Below, piece by piece: positions 61,032 to 64,000 of a DNA stretch of 64,000 nucleotides (position 1 is the stretch's first letter; every line of letters begins with the position of its first letter). A model generated the notes under the pieces. That model saw nothing but the letters and a program-made list of their open reading frames with translations. It searched no databases and was not told the DNA's origin. The position numbers and the translations under genes were made by a program. The stretch covers positions 1 through 64,000 of the forward strand of contig NW_027141721.1 of assembly GCF_036365525.1 (NCBI RefSeq), written 5' to 3'. The stretch comes from Heterodontus francisci. Lineage: Eukaryota.

Positions 61032-61330
61032 CTGACTCCAGGCACAGTAATACACGGCTGATTGATTCACCCACAGGCTGGAGGACTCCAGGTAAAAATG
61101 GGTGTTGTCGGGTCTCCTGGCGGTGAAACCGTCCACCACACCTGAGGGGTTGACCGTTCCGGCGTAGCTGGAATAGAAAAGGTCCTGAGGCTCACGGTCC
61201 AGATGCCATCGGTACCAGTAGAAACAGGAGCCTGCTGTTGCTTCTGTGTAAATACATTGGATCCTGACTGGAGAGCCTGGGGCATGGGATATGGAAGCGG
61301 GAGTCTGTTGGATCAACACAGCCCCCACAT
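61032..61330 (-). CDS. TRBV: V exon, family B copy 2
   Basis: VGAVLIQQTPASISHAPGSPVRIQC...WYRW...AVYYCAWS. 23-RSS CACAGTG-23-GCAAAAACT (61031-60993). Confidence 0.97.
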
Positions 61331-61607
61331 CTGTAAGACAAAGAGGGAGAGAGAGAGAGAGAGAAATAGAGAGATAAACCCAGGGACAATGTCCATATCG
61401 TTACCAACAAGAAGAGGTAGAAGTGGGCAGACAGACAGAGATAGAGAGAGCGGTGGGGACCAGTTAGAGGCAGAGAGGCAGAGAGAGAGAGATGAGAGAC
61501 AGAGAACGAAATATGGAGGGAGAAGGAGAGAGACAAAGACAGCCAGAGACTGAGAAGCAGAGACACATGTACATCATTGTAACCTCACAGTTCAGGCACC
61601 TCCTTAC

Positions 61608-61650
61608 TCGTTAACACCAACAACACAACCCAGAGCTGAGACACAGCCAT
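61608..61650 (-). CDS. TRBV: Leader exon for V at 61032 (MAVSQLWVVLLVLT)
   Basis: 43 nt, donor gtaagg. Same TATA/Runx block upstream as at 57064. Confidence 0.9.
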
Positions 61651-62919
61651 CTCTGGAGGGTGAAGGATCCGTGTGGTTTTATATGAAACGACTGAGCACT
61701 TTTATTGTCGAGTATCCCAAAGTTCTGGGCACTGACTGGAATTTATAGCTTCCGTCTCCATCATCTTCAACACTTGCCTAGGCGGAGCCAAGCTTTCTTT
61801 CTTTGCTCATGGGCTCACCGAGGACTCGTCATTTCTGGGGAGGGACCAATGTTTGACCCCTAGCTCATCGGTTTCTATGCCTGCTTTTCTGTTTCATGTC
61901 TTTGAAAGTTGCAGAAGGGAAGGGAGTAAATGTGATTTAAACTATCTTCTGTGGTGGAGAGGTGATTAAATGGGCGGGTGTGTTGGGATCATCAATACCT
62001 TCAGTACTCCCCTGATCATAACCACATTCATCCTGACACCATCCTCACACTCATCATTACCATCTGAGGACACATTATCACCCTCGTCCCGACCGCCAGT
62101 ATCTGTGTCAGCCTTACCCTCAGCAGCCTCATCACCATAAAGAGATTCTCACTCCATCATCATTATCAAGCTTGTTCACTTCCAATTGTATCTGAATGTA
62201 TTCAGTGATGGGATGTGTGCATTGCTGGGAGGGTCATTTCAGAAAAGCTGAGATGTTACAAGAGTAAATGTTCACTATCTTTCTTAAATATCCATCAGGA
62301 CTCGGTAACAATGGAAATGTTAAAGGTTAGACCAGGAGTGGGAGTGACAACTTAACTATTCCATAAATGTACTTGACATGAAGTGGGAAGACCATGGATG
62401 AAATGGGAAACATTCCAATGTATGTGGATTGAATGAGCAGTGGTCTGGTCCATCATCGCACCTCTAACCTTCTGGATTGGGCTCTGGGACTTTTTGGAAC
62501 CTTGTTTTTTCCAATGCACAGCTTCTCCCACATCTCCACATAGCTGAAACCTCTCACACCCGGTCACCTCCTTGTAAATCTCCTTTGCACCCTCTCCATC
62601 CTCCCTACAATGTCATGTACAGAAGTGGACACGCTAAACCAGTTAGGCCAAAACAGGCTTTTTATAAAGGGTTTAGCATCAATTTGTTGCGTTTATGTTG
62701 CATTCAAAATTGCGTTAATTCTGCTTAATCAGAGAAAATAGTATGAAATATGCATTTCGGTACGACATTTTTGGTCGGTGGATTTGGTTTGACTTACCTG
62801 AATTATTTTGGCACTGAAGTGTCAGCCTTTTTATTGGCTCCAGTCTGCGGAGTGGGTCCTTCTAACTTCGAGAGGAGAGTTCTACCCACTCAGGCAGCGC
62901 AAGTTGATTCTTGAGTACC

Positions 62920-63470
62920 TCACCTCCTGACTCCCCAAAGCCTGTCCACCATCTATAAGGTACAAGTCAGGAGTGTGTTGGAATACTCTCCACTCGAGTG
63001 CAGCTCCAACAACAGTGAAGAAGCTCGACAGCATCCAGGACAAAACAGCCCGCTGGATTGGCACCCCATTCACAAACATTCACTCCCTCCACCACCAACG
63101 CACTGTGGTAGCAGTGTGGACTATATACAAAATGCACTGCAGCAACTCCCAAAGGCTCCTTCGACAACACCTTCCAAACCCGCGACCTCTGCCACCTAGA
63201 AGGACAAGGACAGCAGATGCATGGGAACACCACCACCTGCAGGTTCCCCTTCAAGCCACATGCCATCCTGACTTGGAACTATACCGCCGTTCCTTCACTG
63301 TCGCTCTGTCAGAATCCTGGAACTCCCTTCTTTACAGGACTGTGGGTGTAGATACCCCACATGGACTGCAGTGGTTCAAGAAGGCAGCTCACCACCACCT
63401 TCTCAAGGGCAATTTGGGATGGATAGCAAATGTTGGACTGGTCAGCGATGCTCACATCTCAATAAAGAAT
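62920..63470 (+). mobile_element. LINE 3' fragment (CR1/L2 clade)
   Basis: KKLDSIQDKTARWIG...HSLHHQRTVVAV.TIYKMHC...FTVA.S.SWNSL. Same family as 660-1055. Confidence 0.82.
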
Positions 63471-63844
63471 TTTTATAAATCTGTAAATGAAGCGAAACGG
63501 CTTCCGTAGGCAGAAGGCAACCGGGAGACATTGATTAAATGTAACTGGCAGATGCATTAGTGGGGGGAGGGGGGAGAAGTGACGTTTTATTTAAGCAGCG
63601 AGTTGTTATGATGTGGCTAGCACTGTCTGAAAGGGTGTTGGAAGCACTTTGAACAAGAACGTTCAAAAGGGAATGGATTGTACACGTGAATGGAAACAAT
63701 GTGCACGGCTATGGGAGAGTAGCAGGGGCGAAGAGCATTAACTGGATAGTTCTTTCAAATAATGCAGAGATGGGCCGAATGGTCTCCTTCTCTGCTGTTA
63801 TCCAAGATGATTCCATGACCTGTTTGCAGAAAATGAGCGGAGAG

Positions 63845-64000
63845 TCAATCTACTGCCTCCCCCTGCCGGTGGAAGATGAGCACCGAGATTCAATGTACTG
63901 CTGCCCCCCCTGCTGGTGGAAGATGAGCACTGAGATGCAATCTACTGCTGCCCCCTGCCGGTGGAAGATGAGCACTGAGATTCAATGTACCGCTGCCCCC
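63845..64000. repeat. About 45-bp tandem repeat carrying a CTCF-like motif, truncated by window end
   Basis: Unit approximately aatctactgctgccccctgccggtggaagatgagcactgagattc, 3.5 copies visible. Confidence 0.88.

Larger units (their letters stand above)
54400..61760. repeat. Tandem duplication of family B V cassette (about 54400-57150 vs 58985-61760)
   Basis: Colinear high identity across downstream flank, V exon, intron, leader and promoter. Period about 4.6 kb. Confidence 0.93.

Noticed and set aside
1-64000. NAR-TCR, IgH-like or germline-joined VDJ segments as found in other shark loci
   Set aside because: All four V genes have intact 23-RSS and TRB-type sequence. No pre-joined VD/VDJ or second C was seen in this window.

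Overview
Eukaryotic genomic DNA, not microbial. This is a cartilaginous-fish T-cell receptor beta (TRB) locus, entirely on the minus strand. The C-region sequence matches my recollection of horn shark (Heterodontus) TCR-beta; the species is unverified. In transcriptional order (right to left) the window holds four intact V genes in two families (V exons 61032-61330, 56429-56727, 48189-48490, 44031-44332), each with a leader exon and 23-RSS, plus one extra leader exon (50132-50177). Next come D1 (34817-34829), 10 J segments, D2 (25645-25657), 15 J segments or fragments, a degenerate J just before C, and a single four-exon C gene (10809 to 7666). The architecture is Vn-D1-Jn-D2-Jn-C, built by nested tandem duplications. 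The rest is CR1-/RTE-like LINE fragments, SINEs, minisatellites and two assembly gaps. The most notable observations are: a donor-less J fused in frame to C exon 1; an orphan leader exon differing only at synonymous sites; oriented CTCF motifs resembling mammalian antigen-receptor loop architecture, including a tandem CTCF repeat; a candidate E-beta enhancer; and a copy of V-region DNA 3' of C that hints at a further cluster. All coordinates were read by eye and repeat boundaries are approximate.
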